DNA of 63,982 bases, counting the filler, from Octopus bimaculoides (Eukaryota), in the NCBI RefSeq assembly GCF_001194135.2. It is 6 parts of 6 records of this genome, joined end to end, with 100 filler letters (N's around TTAATTAATTAA, not from the genome) between each part and the next. Parts side by side here need not be neighbours in the genome. Positions count along the whole stretch, not along the records: positions 39,572 to 59,606 come from NC_068988.1; positions 59,707 to 61,276 come from NC_069007.1; positions 61,377 to 62,882 come from NC_068991.1; positions 62,983 to 63,982 come from NW_026307745.1; 2 more parts are not named here. One strand, given 5' to 3'. The notes beneath the pieces are model-generated. The model saw nothing but the letters and a program-made list of their open reading frames with translations. It was not told the DNA's origin and did not search any database. Made by a program: the position numbers and the translations under genes. Positions 51,645 through 63,725 of the stretch are shown here, piece by piece (the first letter of the stretch is position 1; each line of letters starts with the position of its first letter).

Positions 51645-52329
51645 TGCACTGTTTGTTTGTTGATGAGAACAGCTAAAGAAAGTACAGAATTCAGTGAGAG
51701 TGAAATGTAATCTAATGCATATAAGAGTCATATGTGAGCTACTTCAAGTTTCATGTTCACAAGGTGCAATATTGGGATGCACTTACATAAAACTGGATCA
51801 TCATGGTTTGCTTTATATGAGTGTATCCAAATTATTCCTTCTGAACAAGAAACTTAAAAGTAGCTCAAGTTTCATTTCTGCAGTCATTAAATGATAATAT
51901 ATTTATATTCATTTTTTTTCATTTTTTATGGCTGTTTTTCTGTTTGGGTTAGCCAAATATCTTTTTGAGACATTGTCCTACAGTTGGAAACCCTTCTTGT
52001 TACCATCCCTTACTCGTGTTTGAAGTAAGTAGATATTATATTTCACATGTTTTTGAAGGTGTAAAGCCAGCAGATAATTTGTTGACAGGAGAAATGACAA
52101 CAACATCACTGTCTATAGTTTGTGATTTCTGAAGAAGTGCAAATGTAAACATATACACAGATACACACATGTGCACGCGCGTGTGCACACATGCACATAT
52201 GATGGGCTTCTTTCAGTTTCTATTGGTCAAATTCACTTACATGGCTTTGGTTAGCCTGGGCCTTCATACATGACACTTGCCTGTGGTGTCACACATTGGG
52301 ATTGAATATACATATATACACAAAACACA

Positions 52330-52720
52330 CATAAGCTATGTGGTTAAAAATATTAAAGTCAAATTTTTATTGAGTAACTTATGCTTTGGAATGTGGGATA
52401 TCACAATACTCCAAGGTACAAAGTTGACATGGTTTTTCATTTTATTAATATAATTTGGTGTGATAGAATTTTGCATATTTTGTAGAGGATGTTGGGAGAG
52501 CATAAAAAGGGTTGATTTCTTATTAGGGTTATTAAAAATATTTGTGTTGGGCAAAATGATTTTTGAAAGGTTTGGCAGTTAATCTGGTATCTGAATGAAA
52601 TATATTTGGGAGTTGCAATTAACTATGGAATACTACACAAATTCCTTAACTAGGCATTTCTATATAATAGACATAAGCTTCTGTTTGTATAGATTTTAGT
52701 TAGGTGCATTTTGGAGGGCT
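52330..52720 (-). mobile_element. Possible Penelope GIY-YIG C-terminal relic
   Basis: FKNHFAQHK..FNNPNKKST...LLNK resembles the Penelope FK.RY.NHK.SF...ST.LS...LLNK pattern; heavily decayed. Confidence 0.4.
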
Positions 52721-54599
52721 TGTGAATTTAGTTTTGGTTAGTTAGAAAGTGCAACAGCTTTTGAAAATTTGCAGTTAGTGGAGTGGAATGGATTATACCA
52801 TTACACTTTTTCTTGTGTTTGGCTCAGGAATTTCAGATGTTTTTACAGCATTTGATTATTTTTTATGAATCTTCTTTTTTTCATGGTGCTTCTTTACAAA
52901 ATTCTAAATTGTCCATAAAATCTTCATTGGAAGATAATTTGGAGAATCTGAGAGATATGCTTCTAATTAAATTAACAATTTTGTTTTGAGGGGTGGTTTG
53001 ATAATTTATGTATGCATTTTTTCTGTATTTATGTTACCTCACAAAGGATGGCATGGAAAGTTTGGTTTTTGAGAATTTAAAGTGATATAAGGTTATGAAG
53101 GGGTGAATATGTCAGTTCTATCTTTATCAGTGAATAAATTTGCAATGTATCTTACAAATATATTAATTTCATTATCTATAGTAGTAACGTAAATATTGTT
53201 GTGCTCTAGGATGAATTTAAAATAAATTAGTGCTTTTTTTTTTGTTGTTAAATTTGTTAATTTTTATCAGCATTACAGAACTATTTTCATTGTTTTTTGT
53301 CATATTGCTGTAATCATTGAATATGAAATTTTCATCATAATGAAATGCATTATTTACAAAAAGTTGTAAAATAGTTTTTTTGCTATGTTATCCAATAAGT
53401 TTTTTTTTTCCTAAGTATTATATTTTCCATCTGATACTTTTAACATTTTATCTTCAAAATTAAATTTTATGTTTATTCCAGTAATGATGTTAAATTTCTA
53501 CCAAAAATAGAATTGGTATTTTCTGCAACTTATGTTAACTCAGTGAATTTGATTTATTCCAACAAAAATAGTTTCAAGCATAACATTCTTCAATAAAAGA
53601 TAGATTGGTATATAAAACGGTTTTCCACTGTTAAGGGGAATGAAATTTTGAGTGTGAATATACCTGATTTTCACAGTAAAGAGTCGATAAAATTTTCTTC
53701 AGGAAACATTTTAGAAACAATTTTTATGGTGAATTGGAATTGTCATTCTTGAGAAAAATACAGGAAATGTTTTCATCATCTTCAGTTTCAATTTAAGTTG
53801 AAAAAAAAAAATGGCTGAATAAGAGACATCTTGTATATTAATGTTAGAGGTGTAAATAATTATTTTTCTTTTACTGCTTTCGCAGATTCCCATGACTCTG
53901 AATCACCATTCAATTCCTTTGTAATGTATTTGAGTCGAGAGCTTGAGTCATAGAGAATTTACCATTAGCTGATTATAATATTATGGATGCATTGCAGTTA
54001 CTCTCTTGATAGAGCTTGGTGATCCTGACCATTGATCTAGGATTCCTCCACTCAACATCAATGTAAGAAGCACTGTTGACTCAGTTGAGCTCTTCCACTA
54101 CCTTCACAATCTGCCATGCTACAGTCCAATAACTTCATCATATCCCTGGCAAGGTGGCTGAATGAGTGCTATGTCTTGCCAAAGGGCAACCCATAACTAT
54201 ACAGGGCATGGTTGTTACTCTGTGAAGTATTTTCAAATATTTGCATACCCATAAATAACAACAAAATGATGAAAAGAATCAAAAGTGGATATAGAGTAAA
54301 ATTCATTATTAAGATAAAGGGTTGACTATGACCTTAACCCATTACCTCCCATAATTCTATTAACTGGAATTTTTTTAATGAAACTTTGATTTCTAGCATA
54401 AAACAGCCTTAGAAACATGATGGAATGATCAAAATAACATTTTAAATAGAAATAAGCGAGATATTGGGTGGAAAATTAGCAAACCTCATTTGAATATCAG
54501 AGAAATATACCTAGTAGATATAGCAAAAAGGTTAGATATGTGTAAATATTGACAGATAATTACGAAATTTGTAATTTTTAAGTGATCTCATATGAGATC

Positions 54600-54900
54600 A
54601 CTGTTAGGTAATGGGTTAAGTTTCACTTGTGTGGAGGCTTGTTCAAACAGAAAGCTGTCATACAGTACATGTAAGTATTTATAAATGTCAGTATGTATAT
54701 AAGGGAGTCTATAAATAGTATATATAAGGGATACATTCTCTAAATAGTATCTGGTGGGTTCAGTTTTAACAATATAGGGGTGTTTTGAGCTTTGGAACTT
54801 GACAAGTGTTATTGAAAACTGGGTTGGGTGGGGAACATTTAAGGCAAAAGAAAATGGTAGGGAGCTGTGATTGGGAGGGATTGTCAAAGTAGTGCTTATG
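54600..54900 (-). mobile_element. Possible L2/CR1 apurinic-endonuclease relic
   Basis: LIYTIYRLPYIHTDIYKYL resembles the IYRPP block of APE domains. Confidence 0.3.
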
Positions 54901-55554
54901 TGTGTGAAGTGGTAATCATTCCATGCAATTAATACCCTGGCTTCTTAAAAAGGACTTTATGCATGAGTGGCTAGTAGATTCTGCTGTACACACTTTGGTA
55001 TGTAAAGTACAATAAAGTAATAAAACGCCACCAAAAGCCAAAAATCAGCAACTAAAATATCTAAACACACGGGAAAAAAAAAAACAAACAAATGGAAATA
55101 AAAATAAATGCACATACATCACCATCATCATCGTCCTCCTCTTCCTCCTCCTCCTCCTCCTCCTCATCATCATTATTTTAACAACTATTTTTTCATGCTT
55201 GCAAAGGCTGGACAGAATTTGTTGAAGTAGATTTTTTATGGAGAGATACCTTTCTGGTTGCCAGCCTTCACATACTTTCAAGCAAGATAAATATTTCTGT
55301 GTAACCAGTGGGATTGAACCTAAAGCCATCGGGCAGGGCAGCAAACTAACCACACAGCCATGCTTGCACTATTACATAAATAAATATACACATGCACATC
55401 CAACCACTCCCTATCTTACATTAATATGATCCAACAATACTTGTGTACCTGCACTTCTTCATGTGAGTGGTTTCGAGAGTGTATAATGTGTATATACACN
55501 NNNNNNNNNNNNNNNNNNNNNNNNNNNNNNNNNNNNNNNNNNNNNNNNNNNNNN

Positions 55555-55591
<37 letters not shown>

Positions 55592-55881
55592 TATTCTACA
55601 TACATTTAATTATGTAATGGTTCTGGCCACACTTGAAACCAAAACTTTTGATTCACTAACCAGAAATCTCAGTATATCTATAAAACCCCATGCAAGTAAG
55701 CTACATTTGACTTGTGTTTTTTCTAGCATAGCATCAAAAACTTTTTATTGGTTCATCTACTTAGGCCAGTCAAATGTGTCCACTTAAACCTGTTTATGAC
55801 TCAGCATTATAGGACAATTATAATAAAAGACAATCCATTAGTGTCCAGTATTCATGACATGAACGCCTCATCTGAGATTGT

Positions 55882-56110
55882 GGAGGCATGTGGCTTAGAG
55901 GTTAAGGTATTGGACTCATGATTGTAAGATTGTGGTTTCAACACCTGCACCAGGCAACACATTGTGTTGTTGAGCAAAACACTTCATTTCACATTGCTCC
56001 AGTTCATTCAGCTGGAAAAAATGAGTAATTCTGTGATGGACTGGTTCAGGTGGGAATATATTGTCCCATTCAGGTGGGAATATATACACCATGAAACCAG
56101 CCCTTATAAG
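55882..56110 (+). mobile_element. SINE family F, CpG-decayed
   Basis: ggaggcatgtggcttagaggtt...cattgtgttgttgagcaaaacacttcatttcacattgctccag. Confidence 0.8.
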
Positions 56111-56329
56111 TGAGTATAACTCGAGAAGGTAACTTTACTTTTACTTTACATCTGAGATTGGCATTTGATTATCTAACTACAACCAGTGGTGATCACCCCT
56201 ACTGTCATCATCGCAAAACAGCAGAAATAGTAGACGGCATTGACATCACCATCTTAACTTGCTTTCTCAAAATTTCACCTGCTGAATTTTCGCCTCTCAA
56301 TAACAGCTATCACATCTTCACAATAATAT

Positions 56330-56670
56330 GCAAGAGGGTGCTGAAAAGTTTCTGGTTTTTGGATAAAAGAAAATACAGGGAGATCAGTTAGTTATGATTT
56401 TATCCAACATATTCCTCTCTCAGATTCATGCATTTATTGCAGTGGGGCCTTCAGTTTTTCTAAGCTCATGCTAGCATGGAAAGCGGACGTTAAACGATGA
56501 TGATGATGTAAAAGAACTCAGAAGGTTGGGCCTCCAGCCAAGCCTTTTGCGTCACCCTTAAAGCACCTCTTCATACGCACACTGCTATGTACACCAACAA
56601 AGAAGCATTGTCACACACTCACATGAATATATTACATACATACTCAGGTAAAACTGAAATGTCAGACTGT
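56330..56670. mobile_element. Mariner end fragment carrying a 40-bp retroposon-tail insertion
   Basis: gagggtgctgaaaagtt... is collinear with the sibling at 59806-60010. Confidence 0.7.
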
Positions 56671-56975
56671 TGAACTATAATACAGTGAACAATTTTTCTT
56701 TATTTTTGCAGCATTCAATTTTTGGACGAATTGCCCCCTACATTTTAAACTATGTATTGATTTTTCTTGCCTTATTCTTGTTGAATCTAAATAAGTGTTT
56801 TCTATATTTTAAATGCCAATTTTGTTGTATTTTCAAGTGATTTTTGTTTCTCCATGACCCGACATGGTTACTCTAACTCATTAGTGTAATTAAAACTGGT
56901 TAATTTTTGGATGAATCTTCTTGTTTCTTTCTTATTTATCATTTGTCATCAATCTGGTATCATTTTTTTTTAGTT

Positions 56976-57170
56976 GTTTCATTCATTGGACTGTGGCCAT
57001 ACTGGGGCACCACTTTCATGGGTTTTGTCGAACAAGCTGATCCTCACTACTCATTTTTTTAAAAAACCTGGTGCTTATTTTATCAGTCTCTTTTTTCAGA
57101 ACTGCTAAGTTATGGGGATGTAAACAAACCAATACTGGATATCAAGCAGGGGGGACAAATGCAAACACAA
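56976..57170 (-). mobile_element. SINE family C, 3' part, decayed
   Basis: Reverse-complement match to 57605-57785. Confidence 0.75.
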
Positions 57171-57279
57171 AGGCACACACACCTATACATACTTATATGT
57201 ACATATACATACATACATGCATACATACATACATGCATGTATACATACATACGTACATACATATGTATGTACATACATA

Positions 57280-58340
57280 CAGGGTGCAGTGAAAAAATTG
57301 TCATCTAAATTATTCAAAAATGAAAATAACACTGACATCTCATTTTAACAGATATATTTACCAAAATTACATAAAGTTATCTTGAAATACTAAAGAGTAA
57401 GGTGCGGGAGTGGCTGTGTGGTAAGTAGCTTGCTTACCAACCACATGGTTCTGGGTTCAGTTCCACTGCATGGAAACTTGGGCAAGTGTCTTCTAATATA
57501 GCCTCAGGCCGACCAAAGCCTTGTGAGTGGATTTGGTAGACGGAAACTGAAAGAAGCCTGTCGTATTTATATATATATATATATATATGTATATGTATGT
57601 ATATGTTTGTCCCCCCAACATCGCTTGACAACCGATGCTGGTGTGTTTACGTCCCCGTAACTTAGCAGTTCGGCAAAAGAGACCGATAGAATAAGTACTA
57701 GGCTTCCAAAGAATAAGTCCTGTGGTCGATTTGCTTGACTAAAGGTGGTGCTCCAGCATGGCCACAGTCAAATGACTGAAACAAGTAAAAGAGTAAAAGA
57801 GAGAGAGAGAGTAAATTTATTCAATAAAATCGTCATTGGTTTCAACCATGGCTTCCAGATGACTTCTGAATCTCTTGCAAGTCTTCTGGACAGTTTCCTT
57901 GTTTAAGTTGGCCAATGCTGCTATAATCCTTGCCTACAGTTCATCTTTGGTGTTAAAAGGAGTTTTGTTGGTCTCTTGCTCAACTGTGCCCCACGCATAA
58001 TAATCAAGAGGATTGCAGTCTGGGGATTAAGGTGGCCAGATGTTCAATGGGATGTGGTCGCAGAAATTGTCTGACAGCCATGACTGGGTTCTCGTGCTTG
58101 TGTGGCATGGTGCAGAGTCCTGTTGCCAGACATAGGGTCTTCCAGCAGCCACCTTCTTGATCCAGGGCAGCACTACCTCCTCCAGGCACTTGATGTATGC
58201 CTCCATGTTGAGTCTGAGTTCGTGTGGGAAGATGAACGAAGGCATGACGTTGCCATCACTAGTGACCAGTCCAGACCATGATGTTGACCGGATGTTTGAT
58301 TTTTATCACTCTCGGTACATGTTTTGGGGACATGGTAAGC
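57280..58340 (-). mobile_element. Second, truncated DD37D element interrupted by a SINE
   Basis: Collinear with 32290-32935; encodes RPYVWQQDSAPCHTSTRTQSWLSDNFCDHIPLNIWPP. Confidence 0.92.
57401..57807 (+). mobile_element. SINE family C inserted in the DD37D element, 7-bp TSD
   Basis: agagtaa at 57394-57400 and 57808-57814; the empty site is visible at about 32404-32415. Confidence 0.93.
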
Positions 58341-58450
58341 ACGAGGTTACATTGTGGAATGACTGGAAGGGAAAGGGTGGAGAAAAAGTTCTTTCTAAGA
58401 CAGGAGAGTGCAAGAGAAGGAGGTAAGTATGTGTGCGTGCGCGCGGGTAC

Positions 58451-58482
<32 letters not shown>

Positions 58483-58724
58483 ATAGAACGTGTATGTGTG
58501 GGTCGGGGTGTGTGTGTTTTGGCTGTCTATCTGTTAGTGTGTATGTGCGTGTGTCGCTTAACGTTGTGGAAGGAATTAGTAGCAGGAATAATTTGGGAGT
58601 GGTTGTGCGCGATTGTCAGTAGAAAGTGAGCAAACAGGTTTTAAGTATGTGTGTGTGAGTATATGTGTAAGTTGTGTGAGTGTGTTTATCTTGCAGTGTG
58701 TGCCTGTATCTCTGTGTGTGTGTG

Positions 58725-58773
58725 TGTGTGTGTATGCATGCGGTTTGCTCTGTGGATCGCATGTGGGTTATTT

Positions 58774-58804
<31 letters not shown>

Positions 58805-59005
58805 ATGTGTGTAGTGTGTAAGTCCATGTATGTATACTTAGGTGCGTGTATGTATCTGTGTGTGCGTGTGTGTATGTGTATATATATGTGTGTGTGTGTG
58901 TGTGTATGCATGCGGTTTGCTCTGTGAATTGCATGTGGGTTATTTTGTGTGTGCGTGTATGTGTGTAGTGTGTAAGTCCATGTATGTATACTTAGGTGCG
59001 TGTAT
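58725..59005 (+). repeat. Approx. 172-bp period duplication within (GT)n-rich DNA
   Basis: gcatgcggtttgctctgtg...gtaagtccatgtatgtatacttaggtgcgtgtatg occurs twice. Confidence 0.85.
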
Positions 59006-59349
59006 GTGTTAGTGTTTGTTGTGTGTGTATGTGAGTTATGTGTGGGTTCATTTGTGTGTGTGTGTGTGTGTGTTGTGTGTATATATAGGAAAAATAGAAG
59101 TTGAAAATGCACTGAGAATAGTTGGAATATTTTTTATCAATATATTTAAAGCTTTAACGAGTTTTACAGTTTACTCTGGTCTTTAAATAGTTCAAACAGA
59201 AAGACGTGTCTTATGTCACAGCTGTGTTGCTTCTGACTATTGCTTGAAGCTTGCCCTATTTTTATTGTGAGTTCATGGCTCAAATTAGTATATGTTTTGA
59301 ATAGGATTTGATTGGTAAAGGATAGTCACAAGTGCTAAATTACCTTCCA

Positions 59350-59606
59350 CAATTCCTACACCAACAGTCAAAAATGTGGCAGCCCCAAGTGTGAGACCTG
59401 CATCAACCTTATTGACGACACAACATACAAATTCAAATCAGGACAAATTTTTACCATAAAATATCACTTCACATGTTCTTCAAGGAATTTAATATACGCT
59501 ATCAAATGTCAAGGATGTAATGAAGATTACACAGATCAAACAAAGCTTTCTTTATGAAATAATCTGACCATTCACCAAAAACAAATACGAAACTCCAGTA
59601 CTAGAC
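59350..59606 (+). mobile_element. Penelope-like element, GIY-YIG endonuclease N-terminal part
   Basis: KCGSPKCETC...FKSGQIFTIKYHFTCSSRNLIYAIKCQGCNEDYTDQTKLSL*NNLTIHQKQIR follows the CxxC...TC.S.N.IY...C..C...YIGQT pattern. Confidence 0.8.
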
Positions 59607-59759
59607 NNNNNNNNNNNNNNNNNNNNNNNNNNNNNNNNNNNNNNNNNNNNTTAATTAATTAANNNNNNNNNNNNNNNNNNNNNNNNNNNNNNNNNNNNNN
59701 NNNNNNACGAAAAAAAACAACAGACGAGGACTGGTGGTGTAAACAACAAAAGGATGTAT

Positions 59760-59805
<46 letters not shown>

Positions 59806-59811
<6 letters not shown>

Positions 59812-60010
59812 CGATGGTGTTCTGAAATGTTCCTGGCCTTGAATAAAAGGAAATACATGAGGTTCAGTTAATTATAGTTTTATTCAACATATCTCCCTCT
59901 CAGATTCACACACTTATTGCAGCAGCCCTTCAGTTTTTCCATGTCCTGTAAAAGAACTCGGAAGATTGGGTCTCCAACGACGCTTATTGCAATATCCTTA
60001 AAGTCAGGAA
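59806..60010. mobile_element. Mariner end fragment (sibling of 56330)
   Basis: tacgatggtgttctgaaatgttcctgg...cttcagtttttcc...tgtaaaagaactcggaag. Confidence 0.65.
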
Positions 60011-60033
60011 CAACACCCCTTCGCGCGCGCGCG

Positions 60034-60315
60034 TGGCTTACTGGTTAGGGCTTTGCAGTTACGATCGCTAGATCATGGGTTCGGATCTCGGACCGATCCG
60101 CGCGTTGTGTTCTTGAGCCAAGCGCTTCATTTCCCGTTCCTCTACGATCTCTTCGACATCTGACGTGTAGCACACTTGTGCACAGACTACGTCGAGTTGA
60201 TGCAGGGAGTGAGCTAATGTACAAAACATACATTTGATCCCTATAGACAAACCATTTGTGCATGTCGTTGACCAAAAGCTGCACAACCACACGTCGCCAT
60301 CGACGGGAGATTCCA
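60034..60315 (+). mobile_element. SINE family G (tRNA-type head, RTE-like tail)
   Basis: gcgtggcttactggttaggg...gggttcggatc...gttgtgttcttgagc head and cgtcgccatcgacgggag tail. Confidence 0.65.
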
Positions 60316-60409
60316 TCATGTTTACATGCACACATACACACATATATATGTATATTTATACACACACATACAGAGAGAGACATCGAAACAGCGTGTGTGT
60401 ATGTGTGTG

Positions 60410-60422
60410 TGAGAGAGAGAGA

Positions 60423-60481
<59 letters not shown>
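60410..60481. repeat. (GA)n microsatellite
   Basis: Direct reading. Confidence 0.95.
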
Positions 60482-60483
<2 letters not shown>

Positions 60484-61734
60484 AATGTAGAAAAGCGTAA
60501 GCTTCAAAACAATTCATACTTTGTATTCAACAGTTGTTTCATTATGATAAACAGTAAATGTAACATGATATAATCATGATACCTTGGATTTATTATTTTT
60601 TTTTGTCTAGACATCAATTCCCGCTCTTTCTTTCCTCCTTCACTCTCACTCTCTCTTTCCCTTTAAACACTCACGCGTATATATACTCGTTTGCACGATC
60701 TGTTACCTTGTGTTATCTTTTTTTCAATAACAAACTCTAAAATAAATTTTTCGTGTTATTTCGTGTTTCGTCTACAGTGTATCAGTCCCTAATAGCCATA
60801 TGTGATAGGCGTTAGCCACTCAAGACATAGCGGCTCTATCGCAATGAGTTGAAACTGCGAAAATCCCAAGTTAGAGGGATGATGAGGGACGTCACTTCGT
60901 ATGCCCCATCTTTTATGTATTTTCATTGTATGTGCCAAATTTCTTAAGAGCTCGCGCACACAGACACGCACGCACGCACGCACACACACACACACACGCA
61001 CACGCACACACAAACACACACACACACACACACAAAACATGCACACGCACTGTATTTAATCGTGGGAAAATTGTGTGGCAGCATTAAATGAAGCGTAAGA
61101 GCAAAAGAATAGGATAAAATATGTTCCCAACTTTTTGGTACAAAATGTACGGGCACAATATATTGGAGATAACATTGCACTCAATAAGATATTGTTTTCT
61201 GTACGCATATGTGTGTGTGTGTGACTGTCCAGGCGTTTACATGCATACATACATACATAATATATATATATATATANNNNNNNNNNNNNNNNNNNNNNNN
61301 NNNNNNNNNNNNNNNNNNNNTTAATTAATTAANNNNNNNNNNNNNNNNNNNNNNNNNNNNNNNNNNNNNNNNNNNNTTAAAGATGAAACAGAATGTCTCT
61401 ATCATGCAAATTTGAATTTTAAGAGAGAATGTTACTGATATAAATATAAACTGGGCATTAATAGACGACGTTAGCCCTTTCATAAATGGTTCCAAGATAT
61501 GCTCCCTGTGTTCCGCAGAAAAATATTACAAAATTATGTTTCATCTCCATTTTGGATAGGAATATTCCTATTCAAAATAGAGACAAGTACCAACATTTTC
61601 ACATGGCAAGCTTGAACAACTGTGAAGATCTCTTCATGTGAAAACATTGGCAGCCCTGTTAGCCCACAAGTAAAGAAATTTATCCACCAATGCAGTGTTG
61701 ATTACTCGTTCTCACTGTTTGATATTAACACACA

Positions 61735-61985
61735 CACATGTGTTGTGGGTGTTTTTCTATGTGCTACTGGCATGGGTGTCATTGACCTGACACCGGCACT
61801 GGCCATGAATACAGTCACATTTGGCTTGGTAGGCGTACACATGCATGGCATATTGTCAAAGGTTTCATTTACCTGACACTGCTTCCATGCGGCCCAATGC
61901 TTAAATGGTACTTTCTATGTGTCAGACGGTACTGGCATCGGACACAACAATGATTTAGATTGGCTCGACAGGTCTTGACAAGGAC
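61735..61985 (-). mobile_element. Diverged family D fragment
   Basis: Similar to 45760-46110 (caccggcactggc...caggtcttg). Confidence 0.5.
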
Positions 61986-61996
61986 AGCATGACTAT

Positions 61997-62056
61997 GATC
62001 TTACATGGCTTGATCTTACATGGCTTGATCTTACATGGCTTGATCTTACATGGCTT
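61997..62056 (+). repeat. Perfect 15-bp tandem repeat x4 (gatcttacatggctt)
   Basis: Direct reading. Confidence 0.97.
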
Positions 62057-62169
62057 GACGGGTTTTCTAAACATTAAATCTTTAAATCTGTAAATTAAAG
62101 ATTTAATGTTGTGAATAAATGCACTGTGCACACCACACTGCACAGTTCTACTAGCCATTACATCAGGTC

Positions 62170-62460
62170 CACAATTAATTTTAAGTAGAGTTATTATGGA
62201 TATCTGAATTCATCTAAATATGAGGAGCATAGCAAATCCACGTCCTTAGCCAACTGCATACACCACCTGATAAGAAAATACCATATAGGATAACCTGGGT
62301 TATAATACCAACGCTAGTGCTCTGCATGTGGACTCTGCTTTAAGGAAGCCCTCCAAATATTAATTCATGATTCACCACAATTACTTAATAGACAGCATAA
62401 AGCATTCTCTTCATATAAACATAAGTTTTATTGTATCTTTAGGTTTTTCAACAGGTCCAA
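62170..62460 (+). mobile_element. Penelope-like element, endonuclease C-terminal relic
   Basis: SKSTSLANCIHHL...ITWVII...CGLCFKEALQILIHDSPQLLNR...KHKF matches the Penelope ST.LSKYIW...I.WSI...C.LCL.EKL.I.....LLNKR..HK pattern across frameshifts. Confidence 0.65.
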
Positions 62461-62982
62461 ATGCAAGCAAAATCAGCATGCATGACACCCGACTCTCTAC
62501 ATTCACAGTCATAACAATATACGTATTTCCTTCATCTATAAATACTTACTACCTCAACGTACGTATCTTCGAAGTACATTAGCTGTATGAGTCTTGTTAA
62601 TTGTTTTAATTTTTAACTTTTAATTTTAATATATTCCCTCTCTTTAAGTTAGGCATCTATTTCTAGCATTTCAGATCTCTTTATTAACTACTGAACTAAA
62701 GTTAAATATCCTTTCTGACCATGCTGAACCAGGAATTCATCTATCTAATTACCCTTTAATAGCCATAAATGCCTTCCTCCTCTATTTTACCAAAACTTTA
62801 ATCCTTGACCTCTCACCCTGAACCTCACCCGGATAAAGAATAATACCATCCTTTTATCTTTTATCTTTATTTTAATTTTACTNNNNNNNNNNNNNNNNNN
62901 NNNNNNNNNNNNNNNNNNNNNNNNNNTTAATTAATTAANNNNNNNNNNNNNNNNNNNNNNNNNNNNNNNNNNNNNNNNNNNN

Positions 62983-63009
<27 letters not shown>

Positions 63010-63017
<8 letters not shown>

Positions 63018-63725
63018 CTACATATACTGTAACACACAACACTACTGTCACCCATACCATGCAAATACACTGTACTATTACACACATATGCACTCTGTAC
63101 TGATACACGTGCTTAACATTGTACTGACAAGCTTGTAACATACTGCATTGTTACACATAAAAAAAACATATTGTGTTGACAGTCACCTAAAACCCTAATC
63201 ACATACACACATACAACCAAGTATTGTGTGTATGAAATTATAACAGGCTCTACTGTGACACTCACATAATACATTGCATTGTCACACAGTGCCACAGTAC
63301 AATACATTATAACATTTTGCACTGTTATGCACATATCACAAACTGTACTGTGACATGCATAACATGTTGTATTGTCATTCACAGATAACTTATTGTACAT
63401 TCTGTTAGACTTAAAACTATGTAATGTTACATATGTAAAATACTGTACTGTCATACATACAGATAACTCACTGTACTGTGACACACACATAACACACTGT
63501 ACTGTTACAGACATATACTGTACTGTAATGTATGTAAAATGCTCTACTGATTCATGCATACAATGGATAAGGTATAGTATTCTCACGTGTACAAAGCTCA
63601 CTTCTGTCATACACATTCACATAACGTACTGTATTGTTATACACAAACATCACATGTGTGCACACACAACCACATGCTCACACACACACTGTAATGACAC
63701 ACATAACACGTATAAATACTGACTG
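63010..63725. repeat. Degenerate low-complexity array (tactgt / acacat units)
   Basis: Repeated actgtactg and cacacat motifs; gives spurious Cys/Thr/Val-rich ORFs. Confidence 0.7.

Noticed and set aside
52058-52135. VKPADNLLTG...IVCDF resembling a kinase catalytic loop
   Set aside because: No HRD, wrong spacing, a stop directly after DF and no donor; probably chance.
61997-62056. 15-bp x4 repeat, 22-bp minisatellite and family D subunits as CRISPR-like arrays
   Set aside because: No unique spacers and no cas genes; eukaryotic tandem repeats.
9975-63141. Long ORFs containing X runs and YI/HT/CV/ER dipeptide repeats
   Set aside because: They are read-through of N gaps and (TA)n, (CA)n and (GA)n microsatellites, not genes.
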